The notes under the pieces are model-generated. The model saw only the letters and a list, made by a program, of their open reading frames with translations. It did no database searches and had not been told where the DNA came from. Shown here piece after piece: positions 22,069-30,417 of a stretch of DNA of 30,417 nucleotides. The stretch spans positions 1 to 30,417 of the IMG/VR virus record IMGVR_UViG_3300032335_000635, one strand, 5' to 3'. Position numbers and translations under genes: made by a program. Position 1 is the stretch's first letter, and the number at the start of each line of letters is the position of its first letter. The DNA comes from a virus (lineage: Duplodnaviria; Caudoviricetes).

Positions 22069-24818
22069 CAGTTAACCCCTGCGAGACGTGCGCCGCCGAC
22101 AATGGCGACGGGCGTATTGAAGTAGTTACTTGCGGCCTGGCCGATGCCTTGTGCGATGATCTGCAGCTGCTTGGTCTGCAGTCTGGCCTCGATCAGCGCC
22201 GGGTCTTGCGCGTTTGCCGCGAGCCCGAGGACCAAGGCCTGCCCTTCCTGCGTGCGAATGTCGGCCGTGTTCACCGTGCGAGAGCCGATGGTATTGAGCT
22301 CGGTGATGCGGGCCACCTGGCGGTTGTATTCGGCTTCCTCGGCCTTGCGGCGTTCCTCGGCAAAGCGGGCCTGCTCTTGGGCGGCTGCCTGTTGCTGCTG
22401 CTGCTGGACCTTGGCAGCCTCTTCCTGCTGCTTGATGAATTGCTCTTGGAATAACTGGCGCTGCCTAGCGGCACCGCTGGCAATGTCTTCTTCCTTGGCC
22501 TTGACTTGGTCGAGCTGCTGCAGGCGAGTCAGGGCAGCCTGCTGGGCTTCGCCGTCGCCGGCCTTGCGGGCCTCGGCGGCTGCCTGCTCGGCGCGAGCAA
22601 TCTCAGCGTTGATCGCCACGAGGTTCTGGGCGGCTGCGATGCGCTCCTGATCGCCACCGACTTGCTGCTGCTTGATGAGGTTGTTGACCAAGTCTTCCTG
22701 CTGCAGCCGAACCTTAGCGGCATCTTCTTCGGCTTTCTTGCGATCCGCAATCACCTGCTTTTCGTTGTTGATGCGCTGATCAAACAACTCCTGCTGGCGG
22801 GCCACTTCGGCTTCGTACGCCGGTTGCGTCAGGATGCCGGCTTCTGCCTGCCGCTGGGCTTCGGCAATCCCCTCAGACAACTGCAGTGCCGCGTCGAAGC
22901 CGGCCTGGCCAAACTCTGTGGCCTTTTGGATGGCGGTATCAACGGCTCTGTCGGCCCCCTCAAAAGCCTGCTCAAAGCCTTGGCCGAAGCCCTGCTCGAG
23001 GGCCTGCTGCTGCTCTTCAAGCTTTGCCTTCAATGCGTCGAGCTCGGCCAGCCTTGCCTTTGCATCCTCGCCGCCCTGCTCGGCGACCGCAGCCCGCTGC
23101 CGCTCAACAGCGGCCAGGTCTTCCTCGAGCTTGCTGGCGGCGTCACCGGTCTTCAGTAGGGCATCTACACGCTTACCGTCTGCCTCGGCCTGTGCGGTCG
23201 CGGCGTCCTTAGCCGCCTGCCGCGTCTGAAGTTCTTGGTCAAGCTCAGCGTTCACGTTCTGCATGAAGCCGTTCATGATCCTAATCTGGTCAGCCGTTAG
23301 CCCGCCCTCTTCGGCCATTCGCTGAAACGTGTCAAGCGTGGCCGTGGACTGCTGCAGGAACTCCGACGCACCCTCTGTGCCGCTGGCCAGGAACTGCTGC
23401 AGCCGCTGCTCGGTCTCTTCGAGGTTTGTAGTGATCTTCACCTCGGGTGCCTGGCTGGCCTCGACCGTCGCACGGAACCCGCGAACGTAGGCAGTCGCCG
23501 CCCCTTCGCCTCGGGCCGTCGCGGAGCCGTCGCCTTCGCCCAAGCCGACCGCATTCAGGCCAGACTGGAATGAGTTGGCACCGGCTTCCAGGAACTCCTG
23601 CTGATTCTTTGCCAGCTCGGCAGATGCAGCTGCGGCCAGGTCCGCACCGTACTGCTGCAGATCGTCCGACACCCACGAGCCAATCGCCTCGAGCAGCTTG
23701 GCAAAGCCTAGCGTCAGCCCGTTGCCGATCGTTTCAAACAGGTTGAAGACCTGCCGCAGCGATTCGGTGATGGCCGTGAAAGCGTTTGCCACAAACTGAA
23801 AAACTGCACTGGCGTTTTCGATCGACGCCGTGAAGCCGCTGAAGTTGCCGACGAACTGATCGAACACGCCTGCGAAGATCTCGGCACCTTGTAGCAGCAC
23901 GTCCGTAATTGCGTTGGCGATCCCCGTGCCGCCTTCGCCCTGAGCGCCGCTCCACTCTTCCACGAACTTGAGAAACTGGTTCGTCACGTCCGTGACGGCC
24001 GGGGCAAGATTGCCGATTACCTGGCCGATGATTCCTTCAATGGTGGCACTCACCAGGTCGAAGGCGTCATTCATATCGGCCACGTTGTTGATCTGCGTTT
24101 CGCTGACGATGATGCCTAGGCGCTCGGCCCTGGCCCGCAGCTCTTCAATGCTGGCAGCCCCCTCGCGGAAGAGCGGGGCAAGCGCCGCCCCCTGCTTGCC
24201 AAACACTTGAACAGCAGCGGCAGCCCGATCGGCAACCGTGGGCAGCTGTGCGATGGCGTCGCCGATCGCCGAGAACTGCTGCTCCGGTGCCAGCGCCTTC
24301 AGTTCGGCCACCGAAAGCCCGATGCCACGCAGCGTTTTGTCGAAGGCGTCCCCGGCATTCGCCTTGCCGATGTTCACGGCCAGCTTCTGAATGGCCACGC
24401 CAAACTGCTCGGTGTCCACGCCGGCCATCTTGGCGGCCAACGAGTAACCCTGCAGCGCCTCCACGCCAATGCCCGTGCGGGCACTCAGATCATTTAGCGA
24501 GTCGAGCGACGAACTTACATTGCCGGCTAACGTCAGCACATTCTGTGCTGCGCTCGTGAACGCACTGCCGAGGGCCGTAAACCCGTCCACTAGCACCCGG
24601 CCGATCTCGATGGCGCTCAGCGTGCTCACGCCCCGGTTCAGCTTGTCGAGGCTTTGCGTGGTCTTATCGGCCTCGCCCGTGAAACGCTGCAGGCTCTTCT
24701 GGTTCTGGTCGACGATCTTCTGCAGCAACTGCAATGCCTTATCGGCGTCTGACAGACCCTTGGTCATGCCAGAGGCATTGGCAGTCATCTGCATGCCTAC
24801 GCCGATTACAGTCGCCAT
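22068..24818 (-). CDS. tail tape measure protein
   Basis: 916 aa, Ala/Gln-rich and helical; LNDLSARTGIGVEALQ and AAAVQVFGKQGAALAPL motifs; follows the chaperone. Confidence 0.92.
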   Translation of the reverse strand: MATVIGVGMQMTANASGMTKGLSDADKALQLLQKIVDQNQKSLQRFTGEADKTTQSLDKLNRGVSTLSAIEIGRVLVDGFTALGSAFTSAAQNVLTLAGNVSSSLDSLNDLSARTGIGVEALQGYSLAAKMAGVDTEQFGVAIQKLAVNIGKANAGDAFDKTLRGIGLSVAELKALAPEQQFSAIGDAIAQLPTVADRAAAAVQVFGKQGAALAPLFREGAASIEELRARAERLGIIVSETQINNVADMNDAFDLVSATIEGIIGQVIGNLAPAVTDVTNQFLKFVEEWSGAQGEGGTGIANAITDVLLQGAEIFAGVFDQFVGNFSGFTASIENASAVFQFVANAFTAITESLRQVFNLFETIGNGLTLGFAKLLEAIGSWVSDDLQQYGADLAAAASAELAKNQQEFLEAGANSFQSGLNAVGLGEGDGSATARGEGAATAYVRGFRATVEASQAPEVKITTNLEETEQRLQQFLASGTEGASEFLQQSTATLDTFQRMAEEGGLTADQIRIMNGFMQNVNAELDQELQTRQAAKDAATAQAEADGKRVDALLKTGDAASKLEEDLAAVERQRAAVAEQGGEDAKARLAELDALKAKLEEQQQALEQGFGQGFEQAFEGADRAVDTAIQKATEFGQAGFDAALQLSEGIAEAQRQAEAGILTQPAYEAEVARQQELFDQRINNEKQVIADRKKAEEDAAKVRLQQEDLVNNLIKQQQVGGDQERIAAAQNLVAINAEIARAEQAAAEARKAGDGEAQQAALTRLQQLDQVKAKEEDIASGAARQRQLFQEQFIKQQEEAAKVQQQQQQAAAQEQARFAEERRKAEEAEYNRQVARITELNTIGSRTVNTADIRTQEGQALVLGLAANAQDPALIEARLQTKQLQIIAQGIGQAASNYFNTPVAIVGGARLAGVN

Positions 24819-24821
24819 AAC

Positions 24822-25130
24822 TCACCCGCCGAAAAAGTTCTTCAGTTGCTTGATCTGATCGACCATCTGCTGCTGATGCTGCGGCGGTTTTTCGAGCGGC
24901 ACGAAGTCTTCAGCCCGTGGTGCCTTACCCTTGGCCGAATACGGGGCAAGCACCGCGCTTGCTATCAGTCCCGTCTCCCGCCACGAATCCGGCAACGCCT
25001 CGAAGTACCTCGTGTACGCCAGCCACTCCGCAAACTCGACGGCCGACATGCGCCGCTCGAGCTCGCCCACCGTCATCTTCAGGTGCCCCGCCAGACGAAA
25101 CAGGAAACGCCTCGTCGGGCGGATGCTCAG
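24822..25130 (-). CDS. tail assembly chaperone, -1 frameshift extension (gpGT-like)
   Basis: The -1 frame is open from the slippery site: LSIRPTRRFLFRLAGHLKMTVGELERRMSAVEFAEW. Confidence 0.8.
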   Translation of the reverse strand: MSIRPTRRFLFRLAGHLKMTVGELERRMSAVEFAEWLAYTRYFEALPDSWRETGLIASAVLAPYSAKGKAPRAEDFVPLEKPPQHQQQMVDQIKQLKNFFGG

Positions 25131-25471
25131 TTTTTTGCCAGTTCCTCTACGTCCTTCTCCGTGATTGCGTTGTGTGCAGCTGCCTTGTCGAAGAGCCGGC
25201 CGACAACCTTGGCCGACTTTGCCGCCAGCTGCTCAACCTGCTCATCACTGAAGAGCCGCTGGCCAGCCTGGTCGCACAGACAGCGTGCCAAGAACTTCGC
25301 ACGGAAGTTGTCCACGCCCGTCTCGCGCTTGCCGACCCATTCCTTCTGGTAAGCGTCGAGCTCGCCCACGGTCATCACGCGGATGTAGACTTCGCCGCCC
25401 CACTCCCTCACGCTGACCTTTAAGAGTCCGAGATCGTCGGCCGCCAGGATCTGCTCTGCCGTCAGTGCCAT
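25127..25471 (-). CDS. tail assembly chaperone (gpG-like)
   Basis: EWGGEVYIR...ARCLCDQAGQRLF...ELAKN; ends in a slippery sequence. Confidence 0.85.
   Translation of the reverse strand: MALTAEQILAADDLGLLKVSVREWGGEVYIRVMTVGELDAYQKEWVGKRETGVDNFRAKFLARCLCDQAGQRLFSDEQVEQLAAKSAKVVGRLFDKAAAHNAITEKDVEELAKN
25130..25136 (-). promoter_or_regulatory. -1 ribosomal frameshift heptamer A AAA AAC
   Basis: GCA AAA AAC TGA at the 3' end of the chaperone gene. Confidence 0.8.
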
Positions 25472-25473
25472 CG

Positions 25474-25794
25474 TTACTCCTTCACGATTTTGAACGTGGC
25501 CGAATACCGGGCCACATCATTGACCTTCCCGGCGAGCTGCAGCGATTGGCAGATGGCCTTCGTGGTGAAGGTCATGCCACCACCGGACAGATCAAGCACA
25601 GCCTTCAAGCCGTGCTGGGCCATCGTGATGTTTGCAGTCGCAAGGCACGCTATCTCTATAGTGCCTGCGTCAAGCGCAAACGTGCTGTCTCGGCCGATCG
25701 GCAGGCTGCCACCGGCGACCACCTTGATGTCGGTGACTTCGCCGAACGCCGTGGAATTCCACGTCGCGGTAACGCCTGCGCACTCGGTAGCCAT
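25474..25794 (-). CDS. tail tube-like protein 2
   Basis: Position; N- and C-terminal similarity to 25813-26196. Confidence 0.6.
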   Translation of the reverse strand: MATECAGVTATWNSTAFGEVTDIKVVAGGSLPIGRDSTFALDAGTIEIACLATANITMAQHGLKAVLDLSGGGMTFTTKAICQSLQLAGKVNDVARYSATFKIVKE

Positions 25795-25812
25795 GACGGT
25801 CCTCCGTCTGGC

Positions 25813-26196
25813 TTAGTAGCGCGCGACCTTGAAGGTGACCTGGCCCCGCACGGCGTCGTTGGTGGCGAACGTCAGCGTGGACGCAGAGACGGTAGCGGCA
25901 GCACTGATCGCAGTCGATCCGCCGACAGTCAGGGAAAGCGTGCCCGTGCTGGCATCCTTGATGATGTTCGTGCCGAGGTAGTCCACCACAACTTCGCGGC
26001 CCGTGTCCGTCGCCGAGCCCTGCAGCGGGCGGCTGATGGTGCGGACGCTGTTGCCCGTGGTCAGGCCGAGATGCGAAACGTCGATGGTGTCATCGGCGGC
26101 CGGATCCGTGTTGCTGACCACGATGTTCGTGACGGTGAACGCGGTGCCACCGAAAGAAAACGTTGTCCCTGATCCATCATGCGGCGTTGCGGACAT
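25813..26196 (-). CDS. major tail tube-like protein 1
   Basis: DTIDVSHL motif, DTG, C-terminal QVTFKV; follows the tail terminator. Confidence 0.7.
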   Translation of the reverse strand: MSATPHDGSGTTFSFGGTAFTVTNIVVSNTDPAADDTIDVSHLGLTTGNSVRTISRPLQGSATDTGREVVVDYLGTNIIKDASTGTLSLTVGGSTAISAAATVSASTLTFATNDAVRGQVTFKVARY

Positions 26197-26199
26197 GCT

Positions 26200-26610
26200 C
26201 TAAGTCTCCTGCCAGAGGACGTTAAAAGTCTGTGTTACCTGGTACACCGGAGGAAGGTCGCCGCCGGCCAGCTGCACGAAGTCGTCGGATTCCTGCTCCA
26301 ACGACGCATGCTTCACTTCTGTATTGTTCACGGTGCCCCCGTAGCCATCCAGAACCACACGCACGGCGTCGGCCAGTTCCCGCACGTCTTCGTAGGTGGC
26401 GGCGAATGATTGCATTTCCACGCTCACGTTGGGCACTCCCATCGGCCCGGCCAGCGTGTGCTCCCGGCTGATCGCCGAACGCCGCCAGGTGATGAACGGC
26501 AGGGCCGCAGTCTTCGGGGCCAGCAGCGGGTAGACGCGGCTGCCCACGATGGATGACGTGACGGTGCTTGTCACCAGGGCGGAGCGAAGGACGGCTTCGG
26601 GGGATTTCAT
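26200..26610 (-). CDS. tail terminator (DUF3168-like)
   Basis: VGSRVYPLLAP...LPFITW...ADAVRVVLDGY. Confidence 0.8.
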   Translation of the reverse strand: MKSPEAVLRSALVTSTVTSSIVGSRVYPLLAPKTAALPFITWRRSAISREHTLAGPMGVPNVSVEMQSFAATYEDVRELADAVRVVLDGYGGTVNNTEVKHASLEQESDDFVQLAGGDLPPVYQVTQTFNVLWQET

Positions 26611-26622
26611 GGCGTGGCCTCT

Positions 26623-27333
26623 CTAGCCGAAGAGCCGGTCAAGGATCTTCTTTTCCCGGTACGAGTTGTAGGTGGTCTGCAGCCCGCGCTTCGTGCGGCC
26701 CTCGAGCTCATCCCACGCCTTCTCGATGCGAGCTCCGAGCTGCAGCCGAAGTTCGGCTTCCATCGCTGGGCGGGCTCGGTTAAATGCCGTCTTCACAGGG
26801 GGCACGCCCGTGCGGCCACCCACTGGCATCTTGCCAAGCTTTACCTTCTGGCCAGCTTTTGCAGACTTAAAGAACGCTTTCGGGAATGGCTTTGTCCGCA
26901 TCCGGCCTGCACCGCGCCCGCGCTTTGGCGTGACGATCTGGAACGGCCCGGCGCGTTCTGGCGTCTTGCTTTGGAATGTCGAAGCAAGCCGCCCCTTCTT
27001 TGTCTCTCGCTCCTTAGTGCCGAACTCAATGAATCCTTGGTGGTACCCCTTGGAGTCTCCCCCCCACGAGTAGCCAACCAGACCAACGGCAGAGCCGTTT
27101 CTCGGGTAGGTCTTCACCTTGGTCTTAATGCTTTTCCTTAGGTTGCCGGTCGGCCCCTTAGGAGTGGCCTGCCGCAGGGCTGTGAGCCCAGGCTGAATAG
27201 CCCTGCGCAAAGCCGCGCCGAAATGCTTGGCGGCCAGATTGGTCGGCAACTTTTTCAGTTCTGCGCGCAGTTCTTCCATGTCTGGGAAGTACATATCCAC
27301 GCGAAGCGTGGAATCAGGCTTGGGCTTCGCCAT
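26623..27333 (-). CDS. HK97 gp10-family neck/tail component
   Basis: PKGPTGNLRKSI and GFIEFGT motifs. Confidence 0.8.
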   Translation of the reverse strand: MAKPKPDSTLRVDMYFPDMEELRAELKKLPTNLAAKHFGAALRRAIQPGLTALRQATPKGPTGNLRKSIKTKVKTYPRNGSAVGLVGYSWGGDSKGYHQGFIEFGTKERETKKGRLASTFQSKTPERAGPFQIVTPKRGRGAGRMRTKPFPKAFFKSAKAGQKVKLGKMPVGGRTGVPPVKTAFNRARPAMEAELRLQLGARIEKAWDELEGRTKRGLQTTYNSYREKKILDRLFG

Positions 27334-27651
27334 CTACTGCTGCTCCTGGCAAATGGCTTCGTGCTCGCTGCGGTTGCCGTGCTCGAGCAGGCTGACGATC
27401 TCAAGCGTGCGGGAACGCCAAGAGAAGCGGTGCTGGCTCGTCAGGCCCGGCAGGTAACGGAGCCGCACCCGGTGGCTCACGGTCGTTTCCTGCTGGCCAG
27501 AGATCAACGCCTCGCGTGCGCTCACGCCTTCGACACTCGCCCACACGGCAGACGAGTCGCCCCACGTCAGCACCGTTTCGCCGAGGGTATTGGTCGCGCC
27601 GCTGGCGATCTGCACTGTGACACGCTCGCGGAGTTTGCCGGGGTCGATCAT
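27334..27651 (-). CDS. head closure protein (SPP1 gp16-like)
   Basis: MIDPGKLRERVTVQ...VWASVE...HRVRLRY; ATGA overlap. Confidence 0.88.
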   Translation of the reverse strand: MIDPGKLRERVTVQIASGATNTLGETVLTWGDSSAVWASVEGVSAREALISGQQETTVSHRVRLRYLPGLTSQHRFSWRSRTLEIVSLLEHGNRSEHEAICQEQQ

Positions 27652-28256
27652 CGGTAGGAGCCCCACTTCTGCGAGTCCAGAAGCGACTGCACGCCGAAGG
27701 GGATCTCGTTGCCACTCATGGAGTCGGCCGCCATCCGGCGCTCGTACCACATGCCCACAAGCATCAGCATGGCGTGCCGGATCGCAGCCGGAACACTCGT
27801 GCCGCTCGACCCGTAACCGCCCCACCAGGTCACGCTGATCGCGTTATCGTCCTGCAGGTGCGGCGGCCAGGTCTGCCCGTACAAGGTCTTCACGGTGCCC
27901 GGCACGCCGTCCCGGTCCACGCGGTAGCTGGCAGTCGAGTAGGTGGCCGTGGTGCCGTTCTCGTACGTGAACGTCAGGGCCACCGCCGTAGTCGTGCCGG
28001 CCGTAGCCATCGGCGGGCGTGGCAGCTCGATGTCGTGCGTGCCGTCAGGCGGGAAGCTGTCGAACCGCATCACCCACTGCGTATGCACCAGCGTGCGGTC
28101 CAGGTACTGCTCGCACCACTCACGGGCCGCAGTGATAAGCGAGCCGATGTAGGCATCGTCCGTGGCCGTATCGACTCGCAGGTGGGCCTTGGCCTCCGAG
28201 AGCGTCACAGGCTCAACGGCTGGGGCGACCTGGCGAGTCAGGCTTCGATATTGCAC
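27648..28256 (-). CDS. head-tail connector protein (gp6/gp15-like)
   Basis: EPVTLSEAKAHLRVD...DDAYIGSLITAARE...VPAAIRHAMLMLVGMWYERR. Confidence 0.9.
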   Translation of the reverse strand: MQYRSLTRQVAPAVEPVTLSEAKAHLRVDTATDDAYIGSLITAAREWCEQYLDRTLVHTQWVMRFDSFPPDGTHDIELPRPPMATAGTTTAVALTFTYENGTTATYSTASYRVDRDGVPGTVKTLYGQTWPPHLQDDNAISVTWWGGYGSSGTSVPAAIRHAMLMLVGMWYERRMAADSMSGNEIPFGVQSLLDSQKWGSYR

Positions 28257-28449
28257 GGCGGCGTTTCCTCGGGGTGGCGTCGGCCGTTTCGGCTTCGTGC
28301 TCGACGGCTGCCGTTTCGATCAGTTGGCCCTGCGTCTCCTCGACAGCCACGCGCTGGGCGAGCAGCTGCGCGGCCAAGCCGCCGGAGATGTCTACGGTCT
28401 GCCCCTTGCGGTATGACCGCCACGCGCGGGTGAATGTGATTTTCGTCAC
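28213..28449 (-). CDS. small capsid-associated hypothetical protein
   Basis: GTG start (GTGA overlap); YRKGQTVDI...AAQLL pattern typical of post-capsid small proteins. Confidence 0.65.
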   Translation of the reverse strand: MTKITFTRAWRSYRKGQTVDISGGLAAQLLAQRVAVEETQGQLIETAAVEHEAETADATPRKRRRAISKPDSPGRPSR

Positions 28450-29180
28450 TGGGGCACACTCCATGCAGTTTCGGGCTTCTTGCTCGTGTTCGTGAAATCA
28501 GTTGTCCATTGGAAAACAGGCTTGCCGAGATCCCGGCCAGGCCACGTCACCACGTACTCGCCATGCCCGAGAACCACGCGGGGCGTGACGAAAACACGGT
28601 TCCCGCTCTCGCGCCAATTGCGCCAGTAAAAAATGTCTGGGTCGGTTCTGCCGTCAGACCACCCTCCGCTTGGGTCTGGCTTGCTCCAGAACCACGGTTT
28701 CTTCGCACGCTTTAAGGCGGCCGTGGAGATGACGGTAAGCCCGAAGTGGGCCGTGTCCACTTCCTGCACAGGCTCGGCGAACCACGACGCAGGCAGGCTT
28801 GTGGTGCCGCCCTCGGGCGGATTGTCTAGCGTGCCCTTCAGCGTGAGCATCGGGCGGCCGTCTTCACGCTTCGTCTGCAGCCCGGTGATTGCGTCGCACT
28901 GAAACGTCATTGCCAAGGCAAACAGGTGCTCCACGTCTTCCTTCGTGAAAAACGTGTCGTAGTCGATCGTCAGCAGATACTCGGCCTTGTCGATGAATTG
29001 CTCCATGACGCGGGTATTCACCTGGTCCCAGAACGCACCAGTGCCCATCGTGGGGCGAATGCCCAAAGGCATGAGTGCCTGAGCCCACGCAAAGTGATTG
29101 GCCGTAAAAGACAGCCTCGGCATCGACAGGATGGCCTCCACCCGGATGTCGGCCTCGGTGCCACCAACTCGCACGATCAT
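28446..29180 (-). CDS. GT-A glycosyltransferase-like protein
   Basis: EYLLTIDYD (DxD), VDTAHFGLTVI, KPWF, DPDIFYW and VVLGH; start MIVRVGG after GGAG. Confidence 0.7.
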   Translation of the reverse strand: MIVRVGGTEADIRVEAILSMPRLSFTANHFAWAQALMPLGIRPTMGTGAFWDQVNTRVMEQFIDKAEYLLTIDYDTFFTKEDVEHLFALAMTFQCDAITGLQTKREDGRPMLTLKGTLDNPPEGGTTSLPASWFAEPVQEVDTAHFGLTVISTAALKRAKKPWFWSKPDPSGGWSDGRTDPDIFYWRNWRESGNRVFVTPRVVLGHGEYVVTWPGRDLGKPVFQWTTDFTNTSKKPETAWSVPQ

Positions 29181-29190
29181 GCGTGACTCC

Positions 29191-29229
29191 AAAAGAGAGC
29201 GGGCCGCCCCGTAGTGGAGCGGCCCGCCC
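29191..29229 (-). terminator. intrinsic terminator after the capsid gene
   Basis: GCGGGCCGC/GCGGCCCGC stem followed by TCTCTTTT on the minus strand. Confidence 0.7.
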
Positions 29230-29258
29230 AGTTTGCACATCACGTCAAGCCGTCAGGC

Positions 29259-30416
29259 TCACGCACCCACGAGGCCGATGATCGGGCCGGCGACGCTCGA
29301 GGAGCCCAAATTTGCATGCGTAATTGCAACTCTGGCAACGGCGCGGATCACGGTCTGGTCGCTCAAGAAGTTCACCTGATCGCTGGACGCGATCTCGATG
29401 GCCTGGCGGATGCCGTAGTAGCTCGAGTTCGCCATGTTCCCGTAGAGGGCCATGATCGCACCCGTGGAATCCGCACCGCTCGGGAGCCGGTCGGTAAGGA
29501 CCACTTCCGAGCCCAGGAACGTCGGACCCATGCCCTGCGACAGACCCACCGACCCGCCCTGGGCGAGGTCGAGATTCTGCATGCAGGTAGCGAAGAAGAA
29601 CGGCGAGCAGAACCACTTGGCACCCTGACGCGAGTGCTGCGGAACCGCAGCCATCATCGCCAGCAGGTTGGCCTTCGTGACCTCGTCGGGCGTGTCGCCC
29701 GCAGCGGTCACAAGCGACGCCGCGTAGGTGGCAGCCGAGCCAGCGAGAAGGCCACCCGTGTGGCTCGTCACAAGACCGGCCACGCCAGGGGCGTTGCTCG
29801 GGTTACCGGACCACGCAGCCGCTTCCACGGCGTTGCTGAGCGTCAGGGCGAGCTCGGCAGCGATCCAGTCGGCGATCGACACGATGGAGTCCTGCAGGAG
29901 CTCCGACGCGATGACCACCGCACCCGTCACCTTCTTCGCCGTCAGCGTCACCTGGTTGCTGGTGGGATCGCTGGCAGTGATGGCGGCGTTCTCGTCGATC
30001 CAGTACGCGGTCGCACCGGCAGTCCGACGCGGGAACAGGAGCACGTCGCTCGGCATCACCACGTTGGTGGCGTTCTGAGCAAACGCGGAGTACTGGTCAA
30101 CCAAGCGAATCACGGCCGATGACAACGAATCCGGCACAAATGCAGATCCGGTCGTAGCGCCGGTGGAGCCCTGGGCGCGAGCCTCGACGCCGTGATCCTG
30201 GCACCACCGCTTGGCCTCGGCGTCGCCGCTCTTGGCCTTCAGCCACATGCCCACCGAGTAGGCGTCGCGGGCGTTCTCAAACGCACGGAGCCGGCCCGAG
30301 AACGGAACCGCCTCGATGCGGACGTTCTCGCTGCGCTCTTCCTTCACCTCGGGAGCCGGCGAGCAACGCTCGACCACGCTGCGGAGATTCTTGGCCGACT
30401 CGACCACCTTCTTCTC
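29259..30416 (-). CDS. major capsid protein, HK97 fold (5' end outside the window)
   Basis: GSAFVP, AYWIDE, QVTLTAKK, IASELLQDS, ALYGNM and QTVIRAVAR; the frame stays open to the window edge. Confidence 0.93.
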   Translation of the reverse strand, partial: EKKVVESAKNLRSVVERCSPAPEVKEERSENVRIEAVPFSGRLRAFENARDAYSVGMWLKAKSGDAEAKRWCQDHGVEARAQGSTGATTGSAFVPDSLSSAVIRLVDQYSAFAQNATNVVMPSDVLLFPRRTAGATAYWIDENAAITASDPTSNQVTLTAKKVTGAVVIASELLQDSIVSIADWIAAELALTLSNAVEAAAWSGNPSNAPGVAGLVTSHTGGLLAGSAATYAASLVTAAGDTPDEVTKANLLAMMAAVPQHSRQGAKWFCSPFFFATCMQNLDLAQGGSVGLSQGMGPTFLGSEVVLTDRLPSGADSTGAIMALYGNMANSSYYGIRQAIEIASSDQVNFLSDQTVIRAVARVAITHANLGSSSVAGPIIGLVGA

Positions 30417-30417
30417 A

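Noticed and set aside
22380-22440. CAG-rich poly-Gln stretch as a repeat element
   Set aside because: Ordinary low-complexity coiled-coil coding within the tape measure gene.
3244-30122. Long plus-strand ORFs (e.g. 3244-4293, 6562-7488, 10107-11036, 29214-30122)
   Set aside because: These are antisense shadows of well-supported minus-strand genes in GC-rich DNA and carry no motifs.
1-30417. tRNA/rRNA genes, IS elements and a firm host assignment
   Set aside because: No cloverleaf with T-loop consensus and no transposase were recognised by eye. A Planctomycetota-like host is only an impression from gene style and attC flavour and cannot be supported without searches.

Overview
A 30.4 kb segment of a GC-rich, temperate, long-tailed (siphovirus-type) dsDNA phage or prophage, coded almost entirely on the minus strand. 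From right to left it carries: (1) a head-tail morphogenesis operon (HK97-fold major capsid truncated at the window edge, a glycosyltransferase-like gene, connector/closure/gp10/terminator, two paralogous tube-like proteins, a frameshifting chaperone, tape measure, distal tail genes and an AT-richer Cys-rich gene); (2) a metallophosphoesterase plus Nmad1/DUF1599 pair; (3) a plus-strand tyrosine integrase with a divergent HTH/excisionase and a cluster of sigma70-like promoters; (4) recombination/replication genes (RecT-like annealing protein, a second tyrosine recombinase, replication initiator, LexA-type DNA-binding domain, beta clamp, RusA); (5) a methyltransferase plus two glycosyltransferases; (6) a membrane-protein block with a papain-like protease and a holin-like gene; (7) a LamG/Gly-rich protein and a sulfotransferase-like gene. 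The most unusual part is at the left end (227-1198): an integron-type cassette array with an attI-like site and three attC sites. Its ORFs run opposite to the canonical cassette orientation and start inside the attC sites, and the array appears to be read from a phage promoter at its far end. No IntI is present in the window. All protein calls rest on motif recognition and synteny; no database searches were run.
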